Source: Calcarisporiella thermophila CBS 279.70 (Eukaryota; Fungi; Calcarisporiellomycota). From it: a DNA stretch of 64,000 bases. Positions 1 through 12,580 of the stretch are shown here, piece after piece (positions within the stretch are counted from its first letter, which is position 1; each line of letters starts with the position of its first letter). Location of the stretch: assembly GCF_041956535.1 (NCBI RefSeq), contig NW_027192213.1:120480-184479 (forward strand). The letters run 5' to 3'. The notes under the pieces are model-generated. The model had not been told where the DNA came from, ran no database searches, and worked only from the letters and a program-made list of their open reading frames with translations. The translations under genes and the position numbers were made by a program.

Positions 1-310
1 TTTTTCTTTTTTAATTTGCGTCTATATATACATATATTGTTTCTTTTTTTTCCTCCTCCTTTTTTATAACAGAATTTAATTAATTTTTTTACTTTGTTTA
101 TCGATGCAGCAGTTAGGCATCGGCCGTTACTGAAATTATAGATAAAATGATTTTATCAATGCTACGAATCTAGTTTTAGACTCATTCATAATCGGGATAT
201 ATAACTAAAGATAATTTTAGTTTCTCTATTATGAAATAAAAGAAGTCTCTATACAAAATAGATATAAGAAATCAAATACGCAGGCAAAAAAAAAAGAAAT
301 CGCATAGTAA

Positions 311-2333
311 TCACATCACAACGCATCGAGACCAGCTGAGAAGTTTCTTGGGCTCACTGCTCTCTTTACCTGCCTCAGCTTGGGCTGCCTTTCTCTCCTG
401 TCTTCTCTTTTTCTTTGCACTCAAAGAGTGGGCTTCGCACGTATTACAGCATGCTTTGCAACGATGACGGGGGCATTTAGGAGATGCAACACTTCGTTTG
501 CAACCTGCGCATTGCTGACGTTGCACACGGTTGGGATTCGGAGCAGCAGAATTATTTTCAGCGGTACCAAGTTTTTCTATTAGGCATGATGGAATGCATA
601 AGTATTTAGCGGGTAAAAAAAATGAAAAAAAAAATTCACTCACGTTTCTTCCGCTTTGGTGAGGCTTGAAGGACCCCACGCACCGACTCGAGTGACCGCA
701 TGGAGCGTGTTCGCTTCAATCCGGCCAAACTCTGCTCAGTTTCCTCATCGACTATGTCCTCATTCTGTTGAGGAAACTCTGGCGTTAATTCATTTTCTAT
801 AACAGAATTTAACTTTGCTGGCGATGTGGTATCCATAGCTTCAGAGGTGGGTTTATCATCAACTACAACCTTCACGCCCTCCGCCACGGCAACAACCGAT
901 GTCAGCATACCATTGATTCCATTACCTGGCGCCTTCTCCTCCTTGTTCTCTGGCTTGATCTCGTTTTTTTTTTCAGCCTTTTCCCCTTCAGATTTAGCTG
1001 GAGGCAGTGCAGGTCGAATGTATGGTTGACAGACCCAGTGTGGGAGCATCTTCAGTCCTCTTTCGTCCAACTTTCCCCATTTCTCTTTCCACTCATCACC
1101 CATCACTTTCTCATCCTCAAGCAATCTCTGCTTCAGCTCCCCCACAATTTTCTCTATCTCCTCGTAGGTTCTTGCAGAGCCAAGCGCGCTTCTTAGATCT
1201 GTGTGCACTGGCAACGCGGCGTGGAAGATCTTGAAGAGGTGAGCTCGTGCGAAGGGCCATTTTGTATTGAGTTCTCGGCAAATAGCAAGGTATTCTTCGG
1301 CAATTTGCCAGCTGTGCGGGTGCTGGCCGGTGAACAGTGCAGGGTTGTATAGATTTCCCTCTGCGGACATCACTCCATCACAGCCAGTATACTCAAGGCA
1401 ACGCTGGACGTCCTCGAAATAAAGGATATTTCCGTTCGCAAATACTGGGATCTTTAACGCTTGCCTAAAAACTCGAAAAAGATCAGCCAAATGATACAGA
1501 ATAGCCGTGCAAAAGAGTTAATACTCACTTGACAGCACGGATTTGGTCCCAATCTGCAAGCCCCGTCTTGTGGCCCTTCTGTTCTCGTAATCTTCCGTGC
1601 ACGGTGAGGAGCTGGGCACCAGCGCTTTCGATCATCTTTGCATACTCAATTGTCTTGGAGACATCGGGGAAGATTCGAATCTTCACAGTAACAGGGACGG
1701 ACAGCTCCCGATGTAGAAGATTCACTGTAAAAAAAAACAACTCAATATCATCAATAGTGTGAAGCATATGTGTGCTTTGCACTCACCCATTCTATAAATA
1801 AGGTCCCATTCATCCTGTAAGTACGAGCCATAATGTCCTCGCTTAGCTATGTGTTGGGGACAGCCAAGGTTAAGATCAACTGCATCACAATCCTTCTCCA
1901 CCATCTTTGCAGCTTTCAATAGAGTTTCGGGATCATTGGCACAAAACTAAGATAATAAATGAGAATGAATACAAAATAATGCTCAAATGTATATTGATCG
2001 ATGTGTACCTGAACAATTAAAGGTCTATCCTCCGAATTAGTTGACCACTGTTCTTCTCTATAGGTGGTATTGTTTTTATCACTAAACATCCGTGCATGGA
2101 ACATAGGGGTATAGCATAATTCGGAATTGTATCGTCTGCTTAAGGTACGCCATGCCTGATAAGACACATATTAGTACCTAGAAAATAAAAGACGGTATAG
2201 AAGAGCATTGACGTACCAATTCAGATTGATCCACCATTGGGGCGACGATATATCTGGACCCCCTTAATGATTTTTGCCAAAATTCATAACCAGAAAGCTT
2301 GGTTGCAGCAGAAACGGGCTCAGGAACTGTCAT
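311..2333 (-). CDS. DUS1: tRNA-dihydrouridine(16/17) synthase, multi-exon
   Basis: Exons encode [65 protein letters not shown] and [18 protein letters not shown] at 2333. The last exon (joined gtgag..taatag) adds a Cys-rich C-terminus ending at TGA 311-313. Confidence 0.93.
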
Positions 2334-3218
2334 GTTAAAGAAAGTATTGGAAAGTGTGGAGTAGCGGTTGGGAAGAATGCAAAAAGTATTGCGACGAAAA
2401 ACTAGACTAAACGATTTAATGAGATGATGTGATGATACGAAGAAATTGGAGCTAAAAGAAGTAGGAATCATGCATTTACAGGCTCCCTCTCTTCCTTCTA
2501 ATGATCACCCTAGGTGAGCGAAGTGGGATTAGAAGAACTTAAATTTTTGTTTACACAACCAAATAGAAAGCGGTTCTGTACTGTCAACTTGGATTTGAAA
2601 TTTAGGACTGCGCTTTTATTGAGGTTAAATAATATCAAAAAATTCAAAATGGAAATCATGTTGGCAGGAGAAACTGGCCTTATTACTGGTATATGATTTG
2701 TTCCTGGCTTTGTTAGTATGAAGTTGAATTACAATTAGTTGGTAACCTTCACCAAAATACCTAGCTGACATAAACTCTGCAGGAGCTTCTTGAGACGAAT
2801 TTGTCCTATGAGCAGGAGATAATACCTAAGCAACATACCATGGGCTTTTACTCTTGCTCCAAAGTGAAGGTTTTATCAAAGTGAAATAATTGACTAATAA
2901 AGAAGCACAAGATAATGGGAATATACAATCTCATAGGTAATGCACGGTGGGTACTGAAAACGACAAGAAATAACCCCTTGATTATACAATCATGACATTC
3001 TGCATCGAGGCTGCAGCTACTGGGACAGAATGTGGAACTTGTGACTCGAATAAAAAGTATTGATTGAGATTGGAAATGAAAACTGGGACCATAAAATTTC
3101 CCAATCAAAAACCTAGGATGATGATTATAAACATCGTATATCCTGTGATAGTGTACATAGTTTATGGAAAAAAAAAAGAATATAGAGATACAGAGGAGAG
3201 AAATTAATACATTAACCA

Positions 3219-4002
3219 CTACATTAAAAATCCAAAAGCAATGTCTCTCTGCCACACGCCCATATTTCGAATAAATACTAATCCAATAGGTAAGCAGCAG
3301 ATTATCGGTATACTAACCGATAGCACTATAACAGTCATCAGTAGTGTAGACAAGCTTATGACAGGTTTCATCAAAAGATAATAGACAACACAGCGCCAGG
3401 TCCAGATGTCAGATATAAGATTGGATTCGCGCGGAGAATCTGTAAAAAAAACTCGGGGATATGAATGATGTGCAAAATCTTCTGGACGGCCCATGCAAAG
3501 TTCGAGTAGTATAAGTTCTAAGCGCCCGAGCATTCTATTTAGTATCATAAATCATATTAGAAAAAAGGAAAAGAAAAATATCCAAAATAAATTATTACCT
3601 ATAGCTACAACAGGACAGACCTAATAATAGTAATCCAATGGGCGGTATAATCAAACACACGATGCTCACGATTAGCGAGGCTAAAATCCACAGAAATCCC
3701 AGTAATCCAATAACTACGCCAACCACTAATTGATATATCAATGCGCCCCATGTTACTAACTCGAAAGGGGCAATGCAGCAATTGAAGGTGTAAGAATCTT
3801 CCTCATAATTATTACGAGTGACACGAATTGGACGGAAAATAACAACAGGAAACTGAGCTATCCTCGGCAATGGAGCAGATTGTGGAGGCACCGTTTGAGG
3901 GGATGGAAGGAGGGGAGAGCTAGGAGAGGCTTGGATCTCGATACTTGAGTAAGGCGGCGGAGGATCTTCTGGCAATTGGATGTTTTCTCCTCGTATCTTC
4001 AT
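3219..4002 (-). CDS. Multi-pass membrane protein with N-terminal PPPPY motif (paralogue A), 2 exons
   Basis: ATG at 4002 (MKIRGEN..DPPPPYS). An intron at ~3535-3598 joins ...CCSYR/MLGRLEL. About 4 hydrophobic segments. Clear paralogue of 5338-6185 with the same intron position. Confidence 0.8.
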
Positions 4003-5337
4003 CGTCGTAAACTCCAAGAGAATTAAAAAGATATATTTTCATATCTTGGCAGTTTATTATACTAAATATTGCTTTATTCGATGACGTGTTTCGTGTATGA
4101 CGTGCCAGAAGGTTGAAATAGTCAAATTATGCGTGAAAATGTTTTCGATTGGAATACCTCGATATAATCAGCTTTGAGAGGGGAAAGAAAGAGAAGGGAG
4201 AAGACCAAACAGCTACTATGTATACTTCCAAAGAGAACATTATTCTTTTAACCCTTTATTAGAAAAAATAGTTGCGCACTCTAGATTCTACCCCAAGTTC
4301 ATACATTAGGAGCGTATCAATTGTCAAGTATTAAAAATTAAAAGCTTGAAGGCCTGTATATATCCAAGTTGCAATTATAGAACCTGCTCTCTTTCATGAT
4401 CTCTACTCTTTTAAGCAGTTCTCTTCGGCTCTCTCGTCCTTCTTTTAGCGCATATTTTCATTTTCTTCTAACGCGTTACACTAAAATTGAGTATGTTATA
4501 CTCTAAAAATGAAAATCCACCATTTACAATAGAAACATCTGGTTATTATTTTAAACTAGGTATCATCCGATTCGTATTATTCCATAAAATCATTGAACCT
4601 CAGAGTATGATTTACCTAAGGGATACTTTCTCTTTGAGATGATCATGCACTTTATGACCAAAGCTATTGTTTTTATTTATGACCAAACTTTAAAGCAAAT
4701 TAATGTTAAACGGCAGTTGCCAACTGTGTTAAGAGAATTAGCGGACTTTGGACTAAAAAAAACCAACGAAATAGACTGAGATTAATATGAAGTAAAAAGT
4801 TGAAATAACCATGGAAAGAATAGGCCTATTTAATACTGGTAATATGACTCAAATTAATTGGTCGCGGGTTCCAAGATGCTATTTTCCCCTATTTATGAGT
4901 CTGCTGTTGCTCATTCAGCGCGCACCTCTTTTACTCCTCGCAAATAGGTATTGTTTATACTGTGCATGACCGTTGTGCCTATCTATAGAAATTTTCAGGC
5001 TCAGTATATGTTCAAGAACTTGGCCATGTTGAAATGAATGGCTCTTATGTATAGCCTACTACATTTTCTACTTTGAAGATTGAATGGATCTTATGGACAT
5101 ACTGCTCTACATGCAAGAATGAGCCATATCTATCTTGCATTTATCCATATTTTTATTGAAATCGGACAACAAACAAAAGAAAATGAGTAAAACATTACAA
5201 GATACAAACGCGCATGAAATAGAGAGGAGTGGAGGTCGAGGGGAACGAGAGAGAGAATAGGGAGATGACGGGGCATTACAAGTCAACCACTATCTATACT
5301 GTTGTTGATCTGGGAGATGGGGGGGGGGAGCGTCGGA

Positions 5338-6185
5338 TTATTCAAAATGCAAACATTTAAAAGCAAAATCACGCTGCCATAGGGTCACACTCCTCACGAA
5401 CATCAGCCCCAAGGGGAAGAAGCAAATGATGCCCAAGGTGAGGCCAAGCACGAGCATGATCGACACCATCACCGAAATACCTATAAACATCTTGATGAAC
5501 GTAAAGTAAAGCACACACCACCATGTCCAGCGTCTCCCGGCTACGGTGGGATAGATGACGTTGCGGCCCTGGAGGTAGTCTTCCGGAAAGACGCGTGGAT
5601 CCTTGCGCCCCCGATAGAGAGGGGGTCGGCCAAAGAGGTATTCTTGCGAGATGAGCTCAAATCTTCCGAGCATGCTACATGAGGGTAGTAAGAAAAGAAA
5701 AAGGGGAGTTAGAAACCACCTCCCCTCACTTCGACCCATATTATTTACCGAATAGAGTAGAACGAGAAAGACAACATGATGAGCCCCACTGGGGGTATAA
5801 TCAGTAGGAAAACGCTCATTAATAGAGTGGTCCACACCCATACGAATCCCACGATCCCAAACGGTAATGCGAACACCAATAAATATAAAATTCCAACCCA
5901 CGTCCTATAATCGCGACATGAATCCCAAATACTCCCAGAGTATTCGTTTTCATTAGGATAGCCCTTATTAGAGGTGAGGGGGACATCCGAGTCATAGGAA
6001 TGGCTTTGGTCTAAGGAAATACCGAGCTCGGAGGCTTCGGGACAACTTGGTTCTGGAATGGACGGAAGAGGATTGGAAGAAAGGGGGGGAGCATTGGCGT
6101 GTGAAGCAGCGAGTGGAACCGTATTTTCGAATGAGTAGGGCGGGGGGGCTTCATAGTCACTCTTATCCTCGACAGTAATCTTCAT
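5338..6185 (-). CDS. Multi-pass membrane protein with N-terminal PPPY motif (paralogue B), 2 exons
   Basis: MKITVEDKSDYEAPPPYSF... An intron at ~5675-5748 joins ...FYSIR/MLGRFEL. Shares TW..ILY, IIPP.GL, PRVF, WTW.CV.Y and WQRD.AF with paralogue A. Confidence 0.8.
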
Positions 6186-7117
6186 TTTAGTAATGTAGGA
6201 AGATGAAGGAAACTATTATTTATTTTTAGCCAAGAGTTGGAGCCATACAAAGTAACCGAAATCCCTCCTTAGCTTCGCCCTGGAGATGGGGGCTCAAAGG
6301 CCCACTGATTGGTGAGCCGAATCTTTCTTCCACTTGAGATAAAAGTAGTCGAGCCAATCAGTGATCTGTGGGGACATTTTCGGCCATGATGCGTTCTCGA
6401 TGGAATCCTCATATTTGCCAAAGGGGTTATGTCTTATGTAGCCTATGCTCATGTCATTAGCTTTGAAAAATATAATGCCGCTCTGAATATTGAAGCTCCA
6501 CCTCGTTCCTGTAAACTTATGAGGATTAGTCACTGAAACGGATTCACATTCTCAACAGTCGAAAAATGTTCACCCTAGTGTGGCTTTGATGTGGGCATCC
6601 GATACACTTTCCACTCTCCCAGTATGCCTTTCTTATTCAAGGTGGAGCTGGCGCAAAATTGACGTGTTTAGTGGTCAGATTAACAACCTGTTTGTTTGGA
6701 AAAAATGGTTTTTATAACCAACTTGTCATGCTGTATTAGCAGTGCGTGATCTTTTTTGCAAACCCGACACTTGTGGCGGTGCAAACTTAGGGTGGAAATG
6801 GAAAATATCTGGTGAGCGATTTGATAAGCCACGGTCTAGAGGGAAGAAGAGGATAAAAGAAGATAGTCAAGCGCATTGGCGCCTAATTAATTCAAAAATA
6901 GTCTGCCTACATGGACCATGTTGTTGGAGTCATTATAATTGGTAATAATAAATATTAAGATATGTCCTTGGGGGAGTACATGTTGCTATTCATTCGATCT
7001 AAAGAGATGGCTCTAAAATTAAACCAGTCTCGGAATTCAAATCGTGACTTTGTTTTGAAATATCGAAACTAGCCTTTTCTGAATTTTTTATATCACGTCT
7101 CGTTTCGAGTCGCCGAC

Positions 7118-9272
7118 ATGGAAAGGGAAGTAGAAGTGCTGTCCATTGATCCACAGTCATTGGCCGAATTTGAGACATGGTTGCGCGCCCATGGTGCCCA
7201 TTTTCCCAAACTTGGTTTTCAAGGAGGTAACTATTGTCATGCCCGCACATGCGGTACTTTGCCTGACCTCTTTGATTAATTTCAATGTGCTAAAAGACAT
7301 CAGCAACATGGGCGGTGGAGTAGTTGCCACTTCATCCATAGATCCTAATGAGCCCCTTGCATCTGTCCCATTAAAACTCTGCATGACTCTGGCTAAAGCT
7401 TTCGAAGCCTACCCCTTTTTCCAATCCCTTTTTTCTCCCTCTCATCCCAAAGGCGTATCGCGTACCAGTATCCTCGCTGTCTATCTCGCGCTCGAATCAT
7501 TGAACCCCTCTTCCTTCTATCGTCCATATTTGGATACTCTTCCGAGAAATTCATGGAACATGTCGCAGATGGCGGGTGCCGATTTGAAGTGGTGGTTTAA
7601 AGGAACCAACTTAGGAGAGGGCGTGGTCGAGGAGAGATTGGAGATATTGAGGCAGGATTTCAAGTGGATTTCTGAGATATTGGTGAAGGAGAACCTATGG
7701 GATCCGCGGCTTGAGTGGTATAAGGTTTTTTTTTTGGCGTCCCAATCGAGAAGTTCACTAAGGATAATTTACTATGGAAAGGGATTTGTTCTTGTGGGCC
7801 AACTTCATGGTGTCTTCGCGAGCTTTCCCGCAAAACGTGCTCTTTCCTGACGAAGGCTTGGGACCTAGCGAGATGATGGTGCCACTCCTAGGTAAGCGAC
7901 AGCAAATGAGTAAGCTGTGCTGAATGGAAAAGAGCTCATTCATCCTTTCCACGTAATTAGATATGTTCAATCATAATTTTGGCCAAAAAATAATTTGGCA
8001 AGGCCGAGATGGAAACGTAGAATTTATATCCAATGATACCATTAAGGCTGGCGAGCAGGTATACAACAATTATGGTGGAAAGGTAATCTATTCACGATCG
8101 ACTGATATTCGAGTATGGAGCTGCTTTGATGACTGATATCTTCCCTCTCCGAACTAGTCCAACGAAGAACGTTAGTAACCCCGTTGTATAGTGTGTTGGG
8201 TGCTGGTTTTTCTAATTTAACGCGTCTTGCCTCTCATATAGTCCTTCTGGGGTATGGATTCTGTATCGAGGTAAGAGCCCTTGATTCGCTTAATTATATC
8301 TTGATCGGCCCTTGCTCCATGTCGATGTTTGTATTTCCTATAGGATAATCCGCTCGATTACGTCGCGGTTAAGCTCAATTTCTCTGGCCCAGCCGCCGCG
8401 AGTCAGCGCGATTCCATTCTGAAACGTCATGGCCTCCCCCTACGACACTTTCTCCGTCGCCAAGGAGACCTCCCGAGTGAGCTGCTTGCTTCCCTTCGTA
8501 TCCTAGTGGCCAACGACATGGAACTGGCGAGCTCCGACATGAATATTGAATTTATCGGGCCCCGAAATGAGCTGGCCATGCTGTCCACACTCTCTGACCT
8601 ATTGAAGCGAAAACTATTGGCCATCAGAAACGGAGGCATAGATCTCCCCACGCCAACAAGCCGGTGGCAACATTATGCAAAGTGGTATCGTAGGGGACAG
8701 GAGCTGGTTCTGCTCCATTCCGTCGAGCAGCTTCAGCGCTTGCAACGCAAGGCGATGAAAGACTTGCGGGACATCGTTGGCGTTGATGAGCAGCAGGATC
8801 CTCTTTTGTGCATTTTGAATGGGATGAATGAGGATGCAGTATTCCGAAACACCGTCTTGCAGCTATTTGGGGATTCATGGAGCGAGCAGGAAGAGGTGTG
8901 CATGATGTTGCTCTTGATATGGGAGAGGAAGAAAAAGGCTTCGCTTTGGAGCGAATTCTTGATTGAGGCTGGGAAAGGATACGAGTGACTATCTCTCCAC
9001 CTAAGAGCTCTCCCAAAAACTGCAATGCTCATTGCCATCCTTGTCTTTTTACCTCCTTTAGGCGTTACGACGATCCAGACCTTCAGGAGATTTACGAAGA
9101 TCTCGCCTCTGACTTGGAGCTGCTCTTCTCCATGCCTGTTGCGTTTGCGGATTTCCAATGGGCTGCCAAGGTACTGGATGACTGTGGTGCGACGATTTCC
9201 ATGCCAGGGGAGCCAGGAGCGCCTAGGTTTTGCATTGTCCCCCTGTCGCGGTCGAAACCCGCGGCCGGTTAG
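7118..9272 (+). CDS. SET-domain protein lysine methyltransferase (Rkm1/SETD3/Rubisco-LSMT-like), multi-exon
   Basis: FETWLRAHGA; GGVVAT; SFYRPYLDTLP; MVSSRAFP; MVPLLDMFNH; GEQVYNNYGGK/SNEEL/LLGYGFCIE; followed by an LSMT substrate-binding-like helical region. GT-AG introns are visible throughout. Confidence 0.85.
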
Positions 9273-10039
9273 GGAACAAACGGCTTTTCCAAACCATTAG
9301 ACATGTCTGAAACCTGCCTGTTCTTCTTTCCTCTTTAATATGGATATGAATAGAAAGTCTCGGACGAGACAGCAACCCATTTAGCTGTAAATGAATGTGT
9401 GGCAAACTTTCTTGGGAGATTTGCAAAGTGAGCGTCTGCTCATTTGGGTTTTCTCGCGGGCCAATCAGGCTTCGCAACCTGAATGCAGGCCATTTCGTCG
9501 TGGCTTGCTCTCACCATAAGGGGGGGGGAGAGGAGGACGCCTTAACCTTAAAAAAGGGCATTGGCTAAGGATGGAGGCCGGCTGCATTGCAGTTCCTGTG
9601 CTCGGCAAGCCAATTTGACTGTGAGCCTTCCCAGTTCTCTTCCTTTGATTAAAGGTCTCATCCGCACGCAGCTTATTCATTCATGCCATCTGATACATAC
9701 TGCCGCCAGGACATCGACTCATCCTCTGGTTCAAGCAGACCAAGCAGGCATCGAATTGGGCCTAGCGTCCCCCCATCCAACCGGAAACCAATGCATCCGC
9801 ATCCCACCCCACGGTGCGGCGTGGGAGGCGGTTTGATGGGACGGCGGCGCGAAACGGGAAAACAGAATAAGCTCCGAGGAGTGCTTTTGCACACACGCTC
9901 GGGCAAGAGTGGAGCCGAGGCTGAGGGATGCAGCCAACGCGCTGCGCGTGTGGAAACAGATAGCAGTGTGTTTCGATAGAGTTAATGGCCTGCGCTTTCC
10001 ATTCAAACACGGCCAAATAGGAAACCATCCATGCTAAAA

Positions 10040-10411
10040 TCACTGTTTATTCTCTGTGGCGGACCGAGCGCATGGCGGATCAGGAGGGGAGGGGGGCAGC
10101 CACCCGGTACGCAGCACACATGAGGCCCCGTGGTTGGGAAGCCGGGCCAAGCAGAACCGGCAGCGGAGCTTTGGGCTAGGAGGAGTGGTTAGCTTCAGGC
10201 TCATACAGCATCGCAAAGGGAGAGCATACCGGAACCACTGCTTCTCGGTCGCGGCCGGCTCGTACTCTCGGCCATTGGCGGCGGGAGGAGGAGGGGAGGA
10301 GGACGAGGCCGGGCTTGGCTGGATGGCCGAGCAGGATCCATAGTGCTTGGGCTTTTCGCATCCACACTCGACGCAGAAGTAGGCGAGTTCTTGCTGGCGG
10401 TTCCCGAGCAT
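10040..10411 (-). CDS. Small protein with two C-x2-C-x6-H-x3-C motifs (105 aa after splicing)
   Basis: ATG at 10411. A canonical 54-nt in-frame intron at 10176-10229 (GTATGC...GCTAAC...CTAG). Motifs CVECGCEKPKHYGSC and CRFCLARLPNHGASC. Confidence 0.6.
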   Translation of the reverse strand: MLGNRQQELAYFCVECGCEKPKHYGSCSAIQPSPASSSSPPPPAANGREYEPAATEKQWFRYALPLRCCMSLKLTTPPSPKLRCRFCLARLPNHGASCVLRTGWLPPSPPDPPCARSATENKQ

Positions 10412-11043
10412 TGCGACGAGGGCCCACAGGGGAACAGGAGCAGGAGCTCAAGTGATTGCGAACGTGTGAAACAGCTCCCCCCCCCCCCCTTCGCACCCCC
10501 TTTGTTTTGGCCTCCTCCTGCGACCCCCACCGATGGTCGATTTTGAAATGACACCAGTTGATCCTGCAAGAGCAATGGCAAGAGCCAGCATATGCATTGT
10601 GAGCTGACATCACCACGCATGGCGGGCGATCCTAAAGCGGGATAGCCAGCAGAACTCTAAAACCAGTATCCTCGAACAGTTCTAAAGAGAGCTTGCAACA
10701 TAAGCTGAGCAGAAAATTCCATGGTGAAATCCCATCAATCATCTGCTGGAGAGTGTAAAACTGGATTTATAGAAAAAGGAATCGACCATAACACAGGTGT
10801 AAAACAGATGGAATATGCGAGAAGAAGGAAGAAGGAAATAAAGCACTAAAACAGTATCCTATAAGCAATGTTATCAGATAACCAAAAAGGGGAGTGAAAG
10901 AGGCCGAATAGGCTATTACAAGGAAAGACGTCAAAAGACACCGGAGCAGCAGGGAGGAGAGGGCAAGGGGCAGGGCAGAAGGCAGGTTAGGGAGAGGGGG
11001 GTATACACAGGTACAGACAGCATATGGTACAAGGGGAGATAGT

Positions 11044-11223
11044 TCAACCAAACGTCCGCCATCGGCATGCTTCTCTATGTGCGGGAAACTCGCCGCTACA
11101 GTATTGACATACCAAACGCTGGTACATGTAATGACCGGGTCCGGCTATGCTGCATGGCCATTGCTTTCCGCAAGCACAGTACTGGCTGATTATCCAGGAG
11201 ATTTCGGTGATGGGAGCCATCAT
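11044..11223 (-). CDS. 59-aa Cys/His-rich microprotein with C-x2-C-x6-H-x3-C motif (below ORF-track cutoff)
   Basis: Hand translation: MMAPITEISWIISQYCACGKQWPCSIAGPGHYMYQRLVCQYCSGEFPAHREACRWRTFG*. Upstream TATATAAA (11326-11333, minus strand) and a pyrimidine-rich leader. Confidence 0.55.
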   Translation of the reverse strand: MMAPITEISWIISQYCACGKQWPCSIAGPGHYMYQRLVCQYCSGEFPAHREACRWRTFG

Positions 11224-12289
11224 GAGAGGATTAATGTCGGCTGGGAATAAGAATTCCTCAGAGGAATAATTAAGGGGGGAGATGGGTGGAGGCTGGGGAG
11301 AAGAAGGAGAGGTGGACAGGGAGGATTTATATATTTAATCGCCAAAGGAACGATTACCGAAGCAATCGAGTGGTGGGGATTCGTTTTTTTCCTATTGCCA
11401 AAAAAAAAATAGAAAAATAAAGCAGCTCTAATTTTGCATCGGCTCCACTGAGCTTGCCCGGATCCCAGAGCAACTTGGGCGATTCTGGGGTCGGCCGTGG
11501 AGGGGGGGTGCAGAAACAGGTGGGTTCCCAATGCGGGAGGTTAGCATCATGGCCCATTTTATTCGATCTGGAATCTGGGGTGTCGCAGCAGGTCGATTTC
11601 ATGGACCTAATCCAGATCCCAAACAGGAATCGCATCCCACGACCAGCCAGCAGCTCGAACCTTCCTTCTTTGACACTTGTTTCGAGCCATTGCTGCGACG
11701 GTGGTCTTAGTCCAAACGGGTAGGCTAAGTTGCACTTGGCCGGGCGATTCTCTGCCGAGATGTTACCTTCTCCTACGGGCTGTAGGGTGGACGGCCGGCA
11801 AAACATGACCTGGTTCCCGTCTCCTTCCCCATCTCGCCTCCCAACCAAGCATCAAGATAAGCTTCGGGTGGGGATTGCGTCATGGCCCCACCACCCAGCA
11901 TGACAGAGACTACCGTGATCCGTATGGCCTGAGCATCCATGCAACTCAACCAGTGTTCAAGGTCACACTTTATGTGATAAATGACTGTCGCTCCATTTAT
12001 GAAGTGTGGAAGCGTGCCGAGCTGCCTGCTGGGCTGCTCATGTGAATAAGACCATATCGACCAAGGACCAACTCAACGTGCGTTCACTCCTCTGCAATGA
12101 GGCCGCTGGCCAATTCTACTGAAAGCAAGGAGGATAGGTTAGGGAACTTGGCTCCTCTCTATGCATTTTCTCGCACTTTCGGTTGATCATACCAAAGATA
12201 CCAAAGCAACCGAAACCTACCCTGTATCGAGTGGGGTAAGGGTACTGACTATTGGTTTTCCATCTACCCTCGCATACGAGAGACGAGCA

Positions 12290-12502
12290 GGAAATCGAAA
12301 TTCCGGCGCATATAGAGTGGTATGAAGCGACGTTTCGGGGGAGCTGTCCAACATGGCATTTGCTCTCAACGCCGAATTAGCTATTTTTTGAAAATGCTGC
12401 GCCTCAAGAAAATGCTGGAATTCTCGGGAGACTGGTGGCAATTTCGAGGGAGGCGATTTGAAAATATATATAGGTCCTCGACACGCCCATTCTCGGAGGT
12501 TC
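12290..12502 (+). promoter_or_regulatory. HSP70 promoter: imperfect heat-shock-element-like GAA/TTC arrays and TATA-like box
   Basis: GAAAATGCTG repeated at 12390 and 12408 (GAA-n7-GAA-TTC); TTCtcGGAggTTC at 12490-12502; ATATATATA at ~12464-12472. No perfect 3-unit HSE. Confidence 0.4.
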
Positions 12503-12580
12503 GCAACATTTACATTCCTCAACTGTGAATAATATCTTACCTTATACACGTCTGTACATAATACCTAATCACTACACACA

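Noticed and set aside
2514-3218. Hydrophobic 135-aa ORF (2848-3255) and a 60-aa ORF
   Set aside because: AT-rich 3'-UTR or intergenic sequence overlapping the end of the real membrane gene; alternative start codons and no motifs.
9300-10030. Overlapping short GC-rich ORFs on both strands
   Set aside because: No recognisable motif, no further CCHC unit and no consistent exon chain found.
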